In this document: piece after piece, positions 63,485-64,000 of the stretch
Numbering within the stretch: the first letter of the stretch is position 1
How the letters are laid out: each line of letters begins with the position of its first letter
Source: Chiloscyllium plagiosum
Lineage: Eukaryota
Direction: 5' to 3'
DNA: 64,000 bases
NCBI RefSeq assembly: GCF_004010195.1
Contig: NC_057719.1
Location: forward strand, 73,991,657 to 74,055,656
Program-made: the position numbers and the translations under genes
The notes under the pieces: generated by a model
The model's input: only the letters and a program-made list of their open reading frames with translations
Told to the model about the DNA's origin: nothing
Databases searched by the model: none

Positions 63485-63692
63485 AATGTCATTATTTACC
63501 GGACCATAGGACTGCTTTCTGATTAAAGGGGGACAACACATGGTGATTTCAACTGAGGGTAACATCACCGTCAAGGAAGGGGAGAGGTTGAGAATCTTTC
63601 TTGGTAACCTCAGTCAATGCAGGATTTTAACACAAACTGTTGGTGTCACTATGCACCACAAATCAATTGTCCAGCCAACTGAGCTAAACAAC
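63485..63692 (-). mobile_element. tRNA-derived SINE
   Basis: Reverse complement gtttagctcagttggctggac...aaatcctgcattgactgaggttacc...gcagtcctatggtcc. Confidence 0.55.
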
Positions 63693-64000
63693 CGTTACCC
63701 CATCATATTTACCCCAACATGAGCAGCAGCCTCCTTTTAATGGGGAAGTATCTGCAGTGCACATTTATCAGAGGCAGAGTGGGGGAGGAAAGAAAGTGTT
63801 GCTGTTACAGTCAGAGTGGTGTGGTTGCTAACCTAATCAAATGTGTTCTTTTTTTTATCTCCCAAAAGTGATATTCATGTGTATCTGCCATGGACTCCAT
63901 TTCTCAACCACTTCTCTCACAGTATAAACCCATAGTTCTGCTTGTTCATCGGTGTTCTACACATGTCCTGTTGAATCCAAGGGAAAAACTTTGAAAAAAT

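Overview
Eukaryotic, AT-rich, repeat-dense vertebrate DNA. The repeat complement (HE1/V-SINE-like SINEs, Deu-domain SINEs, several CR1 LINE families, L2, RTE, Penelope-like elements, Gypsy-type solo LTRs, a Harbinger remnant) points to a cartilaginous fish, most likely a shark (inference). Nearly all of the window appears intronic. The only protein-coding exon I can support is a 168-nt symmetric phase-1 exon at 30069-30236 (+). It encodes a six-cysteine module matching CRIM1 exon 2 but is strongly diverged, so it probably belongs to a CRIM1 paralog; the ORF track misses it. The most unusual layer is RNA-structural: about ten Penelope-like terminal-repeat copies from three families carry minimal type I hammerhead ribozyme motifs with palindromic stem III. 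Several sit in ~200-bp palindromic mini-elements with 14-16 bp target-site duplications, and one family has a possible tail/loop-2 pseudoknot. Other oddities are a twin-priming-like 5'-inverted CR1, a 64-nt hairpin created inside a SINE, two CR1 copies with identical 5' ends, a nested tandem duplication and a CpG-retaining unique segment with tandem E-boxes. Repeat boundaries are by eye (about +/-20-50 nt) and family names come from remembered consensus motifs, not searches.
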